Assembly: GCA_050743265.1 (NCBI GenBank) | Contig: JBOGEN010000107.1 | Location: forward strand, 5,612 to 69,611 | From: Actinomycetes bacterium | GTDB taxonomy: Bacteria; Actinomycetota; Actinomycetes; JBOGEN01 | Direction of reading: 5' to 3' | Length of the DNA stretch: 64,000 nucleotides | In this document: positions 18,245 to 27,595 of the stretch, piece after piece | Numbering within the stretch: the stretch's first letter is position 1 | Layout: each line of letters starts with the position of its first letter | Made by a program: the position numbers and the translations under genes | The notes under the pieces: generated by a model | The model's input: the letters and a program-made list of their open reading frames with translations, nothing else | The model's database searches: none | Told to the model about the DNA's origin: nothing

Positions 18245-19723
18245 ATGGCTTCTCCGCATACCCGGGCATTCGTGGTGCTGGACGGGCGCGCGCTGACGTG
18301 TGAGTCGGTGGCGCGGATCGCTCGCACGGACGTCTCGCTGAGGCTGGACTCGAATGCGCGGCGGCGGGCGGAGGAGTCCTGGTCACTGGCCCGGCGGCGG
18401 GCCAGCGAACGTCCCGTGTACGGGCGGACGACCGGGGTCGGGGCCAACCGGGTCGAGGTGGCCGGTGAGGGGGACCTCCCCGGTCACGGGTTGCGGCTGT
18501 TGAACAGCCACGCCGGGGGCATGGGGCCGCTCGTGTCGGACGAGCTGGCCCGCGCGATGCTCGCCGTCCGGCTCAATCAGCTCGCGGCCGGTGGCGCGGG
18601 CCTGTCCCCGGCGATCCTGGAGGGGCTGGCGGCCGCGCTCAGCGCGGGCGCGGTGCCCGCCGTGCATCGCTACGGCGCGATCGGCACCGGTGACTTGACG
18701 GCGCTGGCGGAGACGGCCCTCACGCTCTCGGGGGCCCGCCCGTGGCGGCGCGGGCTGGTCGATCCGGTGACGTTCGGGACCGGTGACGCGCTGGCCTTCC
18801 TGAGCAGCAACGCGCTGACCGTCGCCGAGGCGGCGTTGGGCTGCGTGGAGCTGGCCCGCCTGGTGGAGGCCACCCAGGTGGTCACCGCGTTGTCCTTCGT
18901 GGCGCTGAGTGGGTCGTGGGAGGCGTTAGCCCCGCAGGTGCACGCCGCCCGTCCGCACCCGGGCCAGGTGGCCTGCGCGGCGACGATGCGCCGGCTGCTC
19001 GGCCTGGACGAGGCGGTTGACGCGTTCGCGCCGGGGCGTCTGCAGGATCCGTTCGGCTTGAGGGTCTTCCCGCAGATGCACGGGCCCGCCCTCGACGCCC
19101 TGGCCGCGCTGGACCGCGTCCTCACGGTGGAGATCAACGCCGCCACCGAGAACCCGCTGGTGTCGTTGGAGGCCGATGACGTCCTCCACCACGGGAACTT
19201 CCACCTCGCCGCGCTCACGCTGGCCCTCGACCAGGCGCACGCCGCGGCGCACCACACCGCCCAGCTGTCCGTGGCCCGGCTGGGCGACCTCGTCGAGCCG
19301 CAGTTCACCGGCCAGCCTGCGTTCCTGGCGGGAGGCCCCTCGGGCAGCTCCGGGGTCATGATCCTCGAGTACCTGGCCCACGACGCGCTCGCTCAGATGC
19401 GCTCGGCATTGACACCTCTGACCACCGGGACGGTCGTGATCTCACGTGGCCTCGAGGACCACGCCAGCTTCGCCAGCCAGGCGGCACGACAGACCGAGTC
19501 CACGGTGGCTGCCTTCCGCATCGTCCTCGGGTGCGAGCTCGTCGCGGCCGTCCGGGCCCTGCGCATGCAGCGACGCGACCTTCCCGACGTGCCCGTGCGT
19601 GCCGCCTTCGAGCGTGCGGCCGCGGCCCTGCCCGCAGACCTCTCGGACCGTCCCCTCGGTGATGACGTCGAAATGGCCGGGTCCCTGCTCCCGGCACTCG
19701 CCGACCTCGCCGCGCCCGGCTGA
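18245..19723 (+). CDS. Aromatic amino-acid ammonia-lyase-family protein (HAL/PAL-like) with non-canonical MIO region
   Basis: Family signature …NSHAGGMG…VPAVHRYGAIGTGDLTALAETAL…NPLV. Start taken at MASPHTRAFVVLDG (18245) rather than 18143. Confidence 0.7.
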   Translation: MASPHTRAFVVLDGRALTCESVARIARTDVSLRLDSNARRRAEESWSLARRRASERPVYGRTTGVGANRVEVAGEGDLPGHGLRLLNSHAGGMGPLVSDELARAMLAVRLNQLAAGGAGLSPAILEGLAAALSAGAVPAVHRYGAIGTGDLTALAETALTLSGARPWRRGLVDPVTFGTGDALAFLSSNALTVAEAALGCVELARLVEATQVVTALSFVALSGSWEALAPQVHAARPHPGQVACAATMRRLLGLDEAVDAFAPGRLQDPFGLRVFPQMHGPALDALAALDRVLTVEINAATENPLVSLEADDVLHHGNFHLAALTLALDQAHAAAHHTAQLSVARLGDLVEPQFTGQPAFLAGGPSGSSGVMILEYLAHDALAQMRSALTPLTTGTVVISRGLEDHASFASQAARQTESTVAAFRIVLGCELVAAVRALRMQRRDLPDVPVRAAFERAAAALPADLSDRPLGDDVEMAGSLLPALADLAAPG

Positions 19724-19756
19724 CGCCGGCCATCGGCGCAACGTGGCCGCCCTGGG

Positions 19757-19981
19757 TCAGAGGATCGCACCGCGGGGGGCGATCTCGAGGGCGGTGACAC
19801 CCCGGCCGTAGAGCACGAGGAGCCGGTCGCCGTGCTGGGTGCGGAGTGCGCCGGAGTCTTCGGCGAGCATCGCGACGACGTGATCAATGGCCTGCTCGGG
19901 CTCGCCGGCCGAGGGGTCGTCGTACGTGACGTCGAGGCGGTCGCCGTTGACCAAGCGGACACGCAACACGATCTCTGCCAT
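19757..19981 (-). CDS. Small hypothetical protein (74 aa)
   Basis: MAEIVLRVRLVNGDRLDVTYDDPSAGEPEQAIDHVVAMLAEDSGALRTQHGDRLLVLYGRGVTALEIAPRGAIL. This is a clean, non-repetitive peptide at the 3' end of a junk-like 308-aa ORF. Confidence 0.35.
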   Translation of the reverse strand: MAEIVLRVRLVNGDRLDVTYDDPSAGEPEQAIDHVVAMLAEDSGALRTQHGDRLLVLYGRGVTALEIAPRGAIL

Positions 19982-20115
19982 AGCCGACCTCCTGGAATCG
20001 CCGGCGGCGTCACGCCGGAGCCTACGTGGGAGTGTGACGGGCCTGACCGTTCCGATGCCGATATGCGTTCCCCCTTGGGGTGTTGCCGTGTCGGCTGGGT
20101 GCCGATGGCTACCGC

Positions 20116-20667
20116 TCAGCCGGTAGGGGTCGTGTGCAACAGCCCTTCCCTTCGTGCGACCCAGGTCGCGGCGGAAACGGTGGCGGTCACGGCGGACACC
20201 GTGAGGACGAGAAGCACCGTGCTCTTGACGACGACGAAGCTGACCAGCGGGAGCGAGTGCAGCAGCCACAGGGTGACGACGGCCTTGCCGAGGCAGACGG
20301 TGGCCCACAACAAGGTGAGGTGCCAGAACAGGCGTTGGACGCGCGGGCTTTTGGCCACGTCCTGGCTCATCGGGTAGAAGTCGGCGGCCACCCTGGCGAC
20401 CACGGGACGGGCGGTGGCAAGAGAGACGAGGAAGACCGCGCCCACGATGCTGTCGGTGACCACGGGGTGTCGCCATGCCACGACGAGGGTGATCTCGGTG
20501 TCCGTCTCCGGGTCCAGCAACATTAGGTGGCCGGTCCTGTCGGTGCCGATGTGCGTGAGCTGCTGGGTCCAGCCGCCGGTCCCGACGAGCATGAGGTAGG
20601 CCAACTCGGCCGCCTCCTTGATGTCGTCTTGCCTGGTGGCGCGTGGTCGCCGACCCCCAAGGGTCAC
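20116..20667 (-). CDS. Hypothetical membrane protein
   Basis: Two C-terminal hydrophobic helices (LFWHLTLLWATVCLGKAVVTLWLLHSLPLVSFVVVKSTVLLVLTV). 4-nt overlap with the downstream gene. Confidence 0.45.
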   Translation of the reverse strand: MTLGGRRPRATRQDDIKEAAELAYLMLVGTGGWTQQLTHIGTDRTGHLMLLDPETDTEITLVVAWRHPVVTDSIVGAVFLVSLATARPVVARVAADFYPMSQDVAKSPRVQRLFWHLTLLWATVCLGKAVVTLWLLHSLPLVSFVVVKSTVLLVLTVSAVTATVSAATWVARREGLLHTTPTG

Positions 20668-21317
20668 GCGTGGAGCTGGCCACCTTCTGACTCCCAGCGC
20701 GACTCGGCGCGCGCAGTGAGGGGCTCGGCCGGACGTGTGCCCGCTCCCGGCAACGGGTTGTCCGGGTCGACGCCCGGGAGGGCGATCGCAGCGGTCAGCG
20801 CGGCGAACGCGTCCGCTCGATTGCCGCGGATCATGGCATGGGCCATGACCTGCTTCGCGAGCTCGGCGGGCACGGTCGGGGGAATCACGAGGAGGTCGAC
20901 CCGCTCGCCGGGAGAACCGCCGGCAGGCTCACCAGGTGGGCGTCGAGCGTGCGGTACCAGCCCAGCCGGATGACCCGCCCCTCGGCTCGGAGCCTGCGAG
21001 GCGTGGCGTCCCAGGGGTCGGCGTTGTAGGCGACGCGTATGACCCGGACCCCCCGGGTGCTGCAGCTCGGTGATCAGTGCGGGCAGCTCGTCGACCAGGT
21101 TGCGCGAACGCGGCCACCAGGCCCCGTCCCGTGTTCTCACCCACCCCGGCTCGGCCTCAGGCAGCGCGAGGCGCGCGGTCGGAGCGGGAGAGAGATCGAC
21201 GCCCGAAGAGGTGGCGGTCTCGATAGGGGTAGCCGTCATGTCGCGGGCCCGTCCCCGGCTTGCGCGCGGCCGGCTGTCATGTCGTGCGCCGGGGGCGACG
21301 GAGACGAAGAGGTCCAC
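20664..21317 (-). CDS. DUF5994-like protein; reading frame probably disrupted by two compensating frameshifts (possible pseudogene or homopolymer sequencing error)
   Basis: Frame A gives the conserved DGAWWPRSRNLVDELPALI… then turns into R/P/G junk. A +1 frame over about 40 codons gives VRVIRVAYNADPWDATPRRLRAEGRVIRLGWYRTLDAH (family-like). Frame A resumes with GSPGERVDLLVIPP. The first shift lies at a G6 run (C6 on the + strand, 21057-21062). Confidence 0.45.
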   Translation of the reverse strand: MDLFVSVAPGARHDSRPRASRGRARDMTATPIETATSSGVDLSPAPTARLALPEAEPGWVRTRDGAWWPRSRNLVDELPALITELQHPGGPGHTRRLQRRPLGRHASQAPSRGAGHPAGLVPHARRPPGEPAGGSPGERVDLLVIPPTVPAELAKQVMAHAMIRGNRADAFAALTAAIALPGVDPDNPLPGAGTRPAEPLTARAESRWESEGGQLHA

Positions 21318-21415
21318 GTACAGGCAGTCCTCGGTAACTGAATGCTACACCCGGACTCGGCGTTCTCCCGGCGAAAAGGTGCGGTCTGACCAGCCCTGTC
21401 TTGGAAGAGCTCGGG

Positions 21416-21682
21416 TCACGACAGGTGCAGGCCACCCCGAGCGTCCGCACGGTGCTGGTGCGGGACGAGCCGTGGATAGTCGGCGTGGTCACGCCAGATC
21501 GAGGCCAGGGAGAAGATCATCCTCCGGAGGACGGTGGCTCCGTGTGTGACCCGATCGCCGGGGTCCGTGTAGGTGTAGAGCCCGAGGATGGCCTCGAGTG
21601 CCCGGGCCTCTGAACGGCTCATCCGCCCGTCCCGCTGGTCCTCGTCGATCCGGGCACGGACGAAGGCCAGAAGCTCGCTCAC
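21416..21682 (-). CDS. Small hypothetical protein (DUF6221-like)
   Basis: MSELLAFVRARIDEDQRDG… is a compact, non-repetitive 88-aa ORF. Family call is from memory. Confidence 0.45.
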   Translation of the reverse strand: MSELLAFVRARIDEDQRDGRMSRSEARALEAILGLYTYTDPGDRVTHGATVLRRMIFSLASIWRDHADYPRLVPHQHRADARGGLHLS

Positions 21683-21884
21683 ATCGGCCTCCTACGAGTG
21701 AGCCCAGCAGGGACCGAGATCTGCCTGCCGGGCACCGATCGCCGCAGGGGTCGGCGAGAGTTGCCTGGGACGGTTTGTGGCCGTGGTCTGGGTCTCCCGA
21801 GCGTTCTACCCCCGGGGGCTCTCGGCGACACCCGTCCGGGCCTCGGCGACCTTCGAGGAAGCCGGTGACTCCGGCCGTCGGCGG

Positions 21885-22280
21885 TCAGCCCAGGCCTGCG
21901 CTCGACGCGTCGTCCTCCGCGGCGAGGTCGCCCAGGAGCGCGTCCGGGGCGCGCATCCGCCATGCGTCGGTCACGAGCTCCGCCAAGCGCTCGGCGTCGA
22001 CCTCCGCCAGCCGCAGCATCACCAGCGGCAAGCCGTCGTAGGTGGGGGTGGTGAAGAACAAGCCGGGCTCCCCGAGCAGGAGCGCCTGCTTCTCGGCCTC
22101 GTCGCCGACGAACAGCACGGCGATGTCGGTGCGGATGACCCGCGGCCGGCCCGGTGTGCGCTCGGGATAGGACCAGACGAACCCCTTGTCGGCCACCCGG
22201 AAGTCGAAGCCGTCGCTCTCGATCTCCACCACGTGAGGCAGGGCCAGCGCGAGACGGCATACGTCCTCGGCGTCAGCCAT
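21885..22280 (-). CDS. MmcQ/YjbR-family protein
   Basis: MADAEDVCRLALALPHVVEIESDGFDFRVADKGFVWSYPER… The start is moved to the internal ATG, because the upstream extension is Cys/Arg junk. Confidence 0.55.
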   Translation of the reverse strand: MADAEDVCRLALALPHVVEIESDGFDFRVADKGFVWSYPERTPGRPRVIRTDIAVLFVGDEAEKQALLLGEPGLFFTTPTYDGLPLVMLRLAEVDAERLAELVTDAWRMRAPDALLGDLAAEDDASSAGLG

Positions 22281-22529
22281 CGCGCACCTCCCGGCTCGCG
22301 CCCGGCACAGGCACAGGCTAGGCCGTGCGTGCGCTCCCCGCGCTTGCACGCCGACCATCGGCAGGCCTAGTCCGATCGAGTGGTCGTCCGCGAGAACGGT
22401 TGTCTGCCCAGGTCAGAGTTGGGAGGTTCTACGGGCCAGCGCAGCCGGGACGCCCCGTGCGGCGCCGTCGGGGCGGCTCGGATCTGGCCACGACGAGGTC
22501 TCCAACAGGGGGCCGAAAGGGGAACACGC

Positions 22530-22955
22530 ATGGTGACACGAGCTCTGGCCAGGTCGGCGTTCGTCGTCCTCTCCGCCGCGACGGTGGCTGTCGGTGGCTC
22601 GAGCGCCGCCTGGGCGTTCGACTGCTTCACGCCCAAGCGCTCGTCGCAAGGCGCGGAAAGCGCGGCCCGTTCCGGAAACTGGGCACCCGTGCCGCGTGCG
22701 GAGCTGCTGGCGGAGATCGAGGGAGACCTCACCGGGCTCGGCGCCACGCCCGAGCAGGTCGCCTGCTTCACCGAGGAAGCCACGTCGGTGCTGCCGGAGA
22801 CGCTCGCCATCGGCACCGGCCCCGCGAAGGGCCAGGGTTTCGTCATCGCGTCGAACAACCCGCAGGCGAAGGTGCTTGCCGACGGCCGGGGCATCGACCA
22901 CCTCGAGCCGGTGCTCATCGGGATCGCGGCCGACTGCGGTATCGCTGTCCCCTGA
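22530..22955 (+). CDS. Secreted hypothetical protein
   Basis: ATG preceded by aaagggga. Signal peptide MVTRALARSAFVVLSAATVAVGGSSAAWA. Two Cys residues. Confidence 0.5.
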   Translation: MVTRALARSAFVVLSAATVAVGGSSAAWAFDCFTPKRSSQGAESAARSGNWAPVPRAELLAEIEGDLTGLGATPEQVACFTEEATSVLPETLAIGTGPAKGQGFVIASNNPQAKVLADGRGIDHLEPVLIGIAADCGIAVP

Positions 22956-23013
22956 TCCGCGAACCCGGCAGCTGAGGCGCTCGGGGGCGGGGCGTGCCGC
23001 ACGGGCGTGGGGG

Positions 23014-23820
23014 TCACGGGCGGAATCCCCCGTCCGCGGAGACGACGGAGCCGTTGAGGACGCCGCCGTCCACGGAGCAGCAGAACGCGAGCGCAGCGGC
23101 CACCTCGTCTGGCTCGATGAGACGCCCGACGAGCTGGGAGGAGGCGAAGCCGTCCACGGTGTCGAGGCCATAGAGGTCGGCGGTGGCGGTGAGCATGTCC
23201 GTCCGAGTCGAGCCCGGCGACACCGCCACCGCGGTCACGCCCGTTCCCGCAAGATCGGCAGCAAGCCCGCGGACGAGGCCGACGACCGCATGTTTCGCGA
23301 CGCTGTAGGCGGCCAGATGGAACAGGCCGTGGTCCGCCGCGGCCGAGGCCACAGCGACGAAGCGGCAGCCTCCCGGCTCAGGGCCGTGAAGCATGGCGGG
23401 GAGACAGGCTGAGGCCGTGTTCCAGACGCCCACCACGTCCACGTCTAACAGCGTCCGTACGTCTGCCGCCGGGGTCTCCCACAGTGGCTTCCCTCCGACG
23501 ATGACGGCGGCCGCGGCGACGGCGGCGTCGAGGCGGCCGAACCGCTCCTGTGCCAGGGCAACAGCAGATCCGAGCGCGTCGGGGTCCCGGACGTCGCCGA
23601 CCTGGGGCACCACCTGGTCCGGGTGCTCGGCCGCCAACCGGGCGAGGTCCTCACGGCGGGCCAGTGAGTACCCGACCTCGTCAGCGCCGCCGCGGCCATC
23701 CCCGTCACAGGAGTCGAGGGCAACCACGCCGTAGCCCTGGGCGCTGAGCCTGCGTACGGTGGCGGCTCCGATGCCGCGAGCCGCTCCGGTCACGAGCGCC
23801 GCCCGGCGCCTGTCAGGCAC
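23014..23820 (-). CDS. Mycofactocin-coupled SDR-family oxidoreductase
   Basis: TGAARGIGAA Rossmann motif. Characteristic insertion …VVALDSCDGDG…YSLARREDLARLAAE… seen in the mycofactocin-dependent SDR subfamily. YSVAK catalytic motif. Sits directly downstream of mftE. Confidence 0.7.
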   Translation of the reverse strand: MPDRRRAALVTGAARGIGAATVRRLSAQGYGVVALDSCDGDGRGGADEVGYSLARREDLARLAAEHPDQVVPQVGDVRDPDALGSAVALAQERFGRLDAAVAAAAVIVGGKPLWETPAADVRTLLDVDVVGVWNTASACLPAMLHGPEPGGCRFVAVASAAADHGLFHLAAYSVAKHAVVGLVRGLAADLAGTGVTAVAVSPGSTRTDMLTATADLYGLDTVDGFASSQLVGRLIEPDEVAAALAFCCSVDGGVLNGSVVSADGGFRP

Positions 23821-24577
23821 CGGAGAGGTCTCCCGAGTACGGCGCCGGCACGCCGGACGCGGGCAGGAGGCACCCGCGGGAGTCGCGCTCGCTCCGTCGG
23901 AGACGACCGACCACCCCGTCCACCATCGAGTCGAGCATGTGGCGTCCCTCGTCGGCATGCGCAGAGCTCGGGTCGCCCAGCACGCCGTTCGGCGAGACGG
24001 CAACGACCCCGTCGGCCACGATGCGGGGCAGGAGCTCTCCGATCGGTGCCACGTTCCCCGGACCGGCCCGCGACATGTCGACCAGGGCGGGGGCCAGGTG
24101 CAGCATCACCGACGTCTCGGTGTGCCCCGCGTGTGCTCCGGCCATCTCGGTGGCAGACGGCACCCAGGCGACGTCGTGCCCCTCATGGACGAGCTGCGTA
24201 ACGGCGCTCAGCAGAGCGGGCACGTTCCCGCCGTGCCCGTTCACGAAGACGACCCGGCCCGCCCACGTGGAGAGCGAGCGCACCAGCTCGACCAGCACCA
24301 GGCGCAGGCTCTCGGTCCCGATCGACGTGGTCCCCCGGAAGTGCTGGTGCTCGCCGCTCGCCCCGTAGGACACCGGTGGTGCGACCAGGACTTCGGCGTC
24401 GTACGGGCTCACCCAGAGCTCTCGCGCGGCTCGCTCGGCGACGGCCACGGCGATGGCGGTGTCGGTGCCGAGCGGAAGGTGGGGCCCGTGCTGCTCCGTG
24501 GAGCCGGTCGGCACCAGCACCAGGGGCGCGTCCGGCACCGCCGGCCACGAGATGCGGTCGACGCTCGGCACCGTCAC
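23813..24577 (-). CDS. mftE: Mycofactocin system creatininase-family peptidase MftE
   Basis: LVLVPTGSTEQHGPHLPLGTDT is the creatinine-amidohydrolase-family motif. GTG start overlaps the mftD stop. Confidence 0.75.
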   Translation of the reverse strand: MTVPSVDRISWPAVPDAPLVLVPTGSTEQHGPHLPLGTDTAIAVAVAERAARELWVSPYDAEVLVAPPVSYGASGEHQHFRGTTSIGTESLRLVLVELVRSLSTWAGRVVFVNGHGGNVPALLSAVTQLVHEGHDVAWVPSATEMAGAHAGHTETSVMLHLAPALVDMSRAGPGNVAPIGELLPRIVADGVVAVSPNGVLGDPSSAHADEGRHMLDSMVDGVVGRLRRSERDSRGCLLPASGVPAPYSGDLSGA

Positions 24578-25770
24578 TCCCCTGGTGGAGCGGTGTCCAC
24601 GCCGAGTGCGCGCGTGAACCCTGGCGGGACGACCACGTCGACGGGAGACAGGCCGTGGATGGAGGTGTGACCGAGCCCGAGCAGCGTGGAGTCGATGCCT
24701 CCGCGCAGGATGTCGAGGACGTTCTCCACCCCGGCCTGGCCGTTGGCGGCGAGACCCCACAGGTAGGCGCGTCCGATCATCACGGCCTTGGCGCCGAGCG
24801 CGAGCGCCTTGACGACGTCACTGCCGCGCCTGACACCGCCGTCCATGAGCACCTCGATGTCGTCTCCCACGGCATCCGCGATGACGGGAAGCATGCGGAT
24901 CGGGGCCGGGGTCCCGTCGAGGTTGTTGCCACCGTGGTTCGACACCGAGATCGCCGTGACCCCGGCCTCGACGGCGCGCTGCGCGTCGTCGACGCGGCAC
25001 ACCCCCTTGAGCATGAAGGGCCCGCCCCACTGCTCACGCATCCACGCGACGTCGTCCCACGTGGGTAGGGGCGTCTGCATCCACTGCCCGTACGCGCCGA
25101 AGAAGGTCGGGGGCGGCTTGTCCTCCTCGGCGAGGTTGGGGGTCGTGAGGTCCGGGAGAGTCCGGGACCGCGCGTACTCCAGCAACCACCTCGGCCTGGC
25201 CAGACTTTGGGGCGCGAAGCGCATCATCGTCCTGAAATCCATGGTTTCCGGGATCACCGGGCTGCCCCAGTCGCGGCCGTTCGAGAAGGACCAGTCCAGC
25301 GTCACGATGACGCCGACGGCGCCGGCGGCGCGCGCGCGGTCCATCAGCCGGAGCATCGACTCCTTGCTGCCGCTCCAGTACATCTGGAAGAAGGTCTGCG
25401 GGTTGCCCGCGGTGACCTGCTCGATCGGCCGGCTCGCGAACGAGCTGAGCCCGAGCGCGGTACCTCTCGCCGCCGCGGCCCGGGCCACCGCGACCTCCCC
25501 GTCGGGATGAACTGCCTGGACGCCGGTGGGCGACAGCAGCACAGGAAGCGAGAGCGACTGCCCCATCACGGTGCTCGTCATGTCGCGCTTGTCGGGCAGC
25601 CCGGCCACGTGGGGCGCGAGGCCCAGCTCCGCGAACGCCGCGGTGTTGTCGTCGTAGGAGATGCCTCGCTCGGATCCGGCGAGCAGCGCGCGGTACACCG
25701 ACTTCGGGAGCCTCTTCTCGGCCCGTCGCTGGGCCTCCGCGACGGTCTCGAACCACGCATTCCTCGGCAT
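24574..25770 (-). CDS. mftD: Mycofactocin biosynthesis FMN-dependent deaminase MftD (alpha-hydroxy-acid oxidase family)
   Basis: Start MPRNAWFETVAEAQRRAEKRLP. …SVSNHGGNNLDG… is the FMN-dependent dehydrogenase signature. Confidence 0.85.
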   Translation of the reverse strand: MPRNAWFETVAEAQRRAEKRLPKSVYRALLAGSERGISYDDNTAAFAELGLAPHVAGLPDKRDMTSTVMGQSLSLPVLLSPTGVQAVHPDGEVAVARAAAARGTALGLSSFASRPIEQVTAGNPQTFFQMYWSGSKESMLRLMDRARAAGAVGVIVTLDWSFSNGRDWGSPVIPETMDFRTMMRFAPQSLARPRWLLEYARSRTLPDLTTPNLAEEDKPPPTFFGAYGQWMQTPLPTWDDVAWMREQWGGPFMLKGVCRVDDAQRAVEAGVTAISVSNHGGNNLDGTPAPIRMLPVIADAVGDDIEVLMDGGVRRGSDVVKALALGAKAVMIGRAYLWGLAANGQAGVENVLDILRGGIDSTLLGLGHTSIHGLSPVDVVVPPGFTRALGVDTAPPGE

Positions 25771-25822
25771 GGCACCCTCCTGACGAGCTCCTCGAGCCGG
25801 ACGCACCCCGCGGGGACCTGCC

Positions 25823-27070
25823 TCAGCGCAGGTCCAGTCCGGCGAGGGGGTTCTCCGCACAGGCACGCACCGGCGGCGACTGCGGAGGGCCCGCCTCCAG
25901 CGGGACGAGCACCGGCTCCCGTCCAGCCGGCCTCGTGCGGTGTGAGTGGTCGGTACTCTGCGTCGGGACGGTACGGTCCCCGGCGGCGAGCATCTGCTCG
26001 CCGTACCCCTGGACGCACTCAGGGTCAGGGCCGTCCAGCGGAAGTCCGGTGAAGAACTTCGCCGCCATGCACCCGCCGCGGCAGGCGTCGAAGAACCCGC
26101 ACCTGGTGCACGCGCCGGACGTCTGCGGGGAACGGAGCTCCCGGAACAGCTCCGACTCTCGCCACACCCGGGCGAAGCCACCCTCGTCGAGCACGTTGCC
26201 GGCGTGGAACTGGTCGTGGATGGCGAACGGGCATGCGTAGACGTCCCCGACCGGGTCGACGAGGCAGACGACCCGCCCGGCGCCGCACAGGTTCAGCCCG
26301 GGCAACGTCTCCCCGTACCCGGCCAGGTGGAAGAACGAGTCACCTGTCAGCACGTTCTCCCCGGCGTCTCGCAGCCAGTGGTACAGGTCTCGCTGCTGCG
26401 CGGCCGTCGGGTGGAGCTCGCCCCACACGTCTGCTCCGCGGCCCGACGGGCGCAGCCGGGTCAGCCGCAACGTCGCCCCGTGGTCGTCCGCCAACCGCCT
26501 GAGCTCGTCGAGCTGAACCACGTTCTGACGCGTGACAACGACGGAGATCTTCGGGTTCTCGAACCCGGCCCCCGCCAGGTGCTCCAGAGCGCGGATGGCC
26601 ATGCCGTACGACCCCTCGCCCCGGACGTGGTCGTTGACCTCGGCGGTCGCTCCGTCCAGCGAGACCTGCACGTCGACGTAGTCGCTCGCGGCCAGGAACT
26701 CCGCTCTCCTTGGTGTGATGCGGACACCGTTAGTGGAGAACTTCACCCCGACCTGGTGTCCCACCGCGTAGTCCAGCAGGTGCCAGAAGTCCGGACGGAT
26801 CGTCGGCTCGCCCCCGCCGATGTTGACGTAGAAGACCTGCATGGCACGGAGCTCGTCGACGACTGCCTCGCACTGGGTGGTGGTGAGCTCCCGAGGGTCG
26901 CGACGGCCCGACGAGGACAGGCAGTGGACGCACGACAGGTTGCAGCCGTACGTGAGCTCCCACGTGAGGCAGATCGGTGCGTCGAGCCCGTACTCGAACT
27001 GCTGCACCAACGAGCCCCCTGCCGGGCGGGTCCGATCTGCGTCGGCAGGGCGGGTCTCAAGGGCCGTCAT
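25823..27070 (-). CDS. mftC: Mycofactocin radical-SAM maturase MftC
   Basis: CxxxCxxC radical-SAM cluster (YGCNLSCVHC) plus C-terminal SPASM cysteines (CTRCGFFDACRGGC). Confidence 0.9.
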   Translation of the reverse strand: MTALETRPADADRTRPAGGSLVQQFEYGLDAPICLTWELTYGCNLSCVHCLSSSGRRDPRELTTTQCEAVVDELRAMQVFYVNIGGGEPTIRPDFWHLLDYAVGHQVGVKFSTNGVRITPRRAEFLAASDYVDVQVSLDGATAEVNDHVRGEGSYGMAIRALEHLAGAGFENPKISVVVTRQNVVQLDELRRLADDHGATLRLTRLRPSGRGADVWGELHPTAAQQRDLYHWLRDAGENVLTGDSFFHLAGYGETLPGLNLCGAGRVVCLVDPVGDVYACPFAIHDQFHAGNVLDEGGFARVWRESELFRELRSPQTSGACTRCGFFDACRGGCMAAKFFTGLPLDGPDPECVQGYGEQMLAAGDRTVPTQSTDHSHRTRPAGREPVLVPLEAGPPQSPPVRACAENPLAGLDLR

Positions 27071-27401
27071 CGGCCTCCCCCTCGTTCCGTCGTCGGATGA
27101 TGCCGGCGGACGCGAGCCTCTCGAGGGCCGCCGCGTACGCCTGCCACTGCGACGCCGGGACAGCCGCCTCGATCAGCGCGGCCCGGACATCGGCGCCCGC
27201 GCGGAGTCCGCGGACGACGTCCACCAGCTCGCGGCGCTTCAGGAAGGTCAGCCGGCGGTTGCCGAAGTGGTATGCCAGCGCGCCGAACGGCTCGGGGCGG
27301 AGCGCGACCGCGGGGGAGAGCTCCCAGGCCTGGTCGAGGATCGGCTGCGCTGACGCCACGACCTCGTGTCCGACGGGGCCGGGAGCGGCCTCAGTAGACA
27401 C
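27057..27401 (-). CDS. mftB: Mycofactocin precursor chaperone MftB (RiPP recognition element)
   Basis: 114 aa. PqqD-like RRE (LSPAVALRPEPFGALAYHFGNRRLTFL). GTG start overlaps the last codons of mftA. Confidence 0.8.
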   Translation of the reverse strand: MSTEAAPGPVGHEVVASAQPILDQAWELSPAVALRPEPFGALAYHFGNRRLTFLKRRELVDVVRGLRAGADVRAALIEAAVPASQWQAYAAALERLASAGIIRRRNEGEADDGP

Positions 27402-27516
27402 CGCACATGCCGTCGATCGACACGTCCTCGATCAGCGTCTCCGCGAGGATCTCCTCGTCGACTTCCGGCGTCTCCGCGCCGGCGTCGCTGACGGCGGACG
27501 GACGAGGGTTCTCCAT
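27391..27516 (-). CDS. mftA: Mycofactocin precursor peptide MftA
   Basis: Not in the ORF track. Reverse-complement translation gives MENPRPSAVSDAGAETPEVDEEILAETLIEDVSIDGMCGVY*, with the conserved C-terminal IDGMCGVY. RBS gaggag 8 nt upstream. Confidence 0.85.
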   Translation of the reverse strand: MENPRPSAVSDAGAETPEVDEEILAETLIEDVSIDGMCGVY

Positions 27517-27595
27517 CACAGCTCCTCACAGGTCAGGGCGACGCACGGACGGTACGGGCGTGGTCCGTGACACAGCAACGGTCTCCTCCCCGGCA

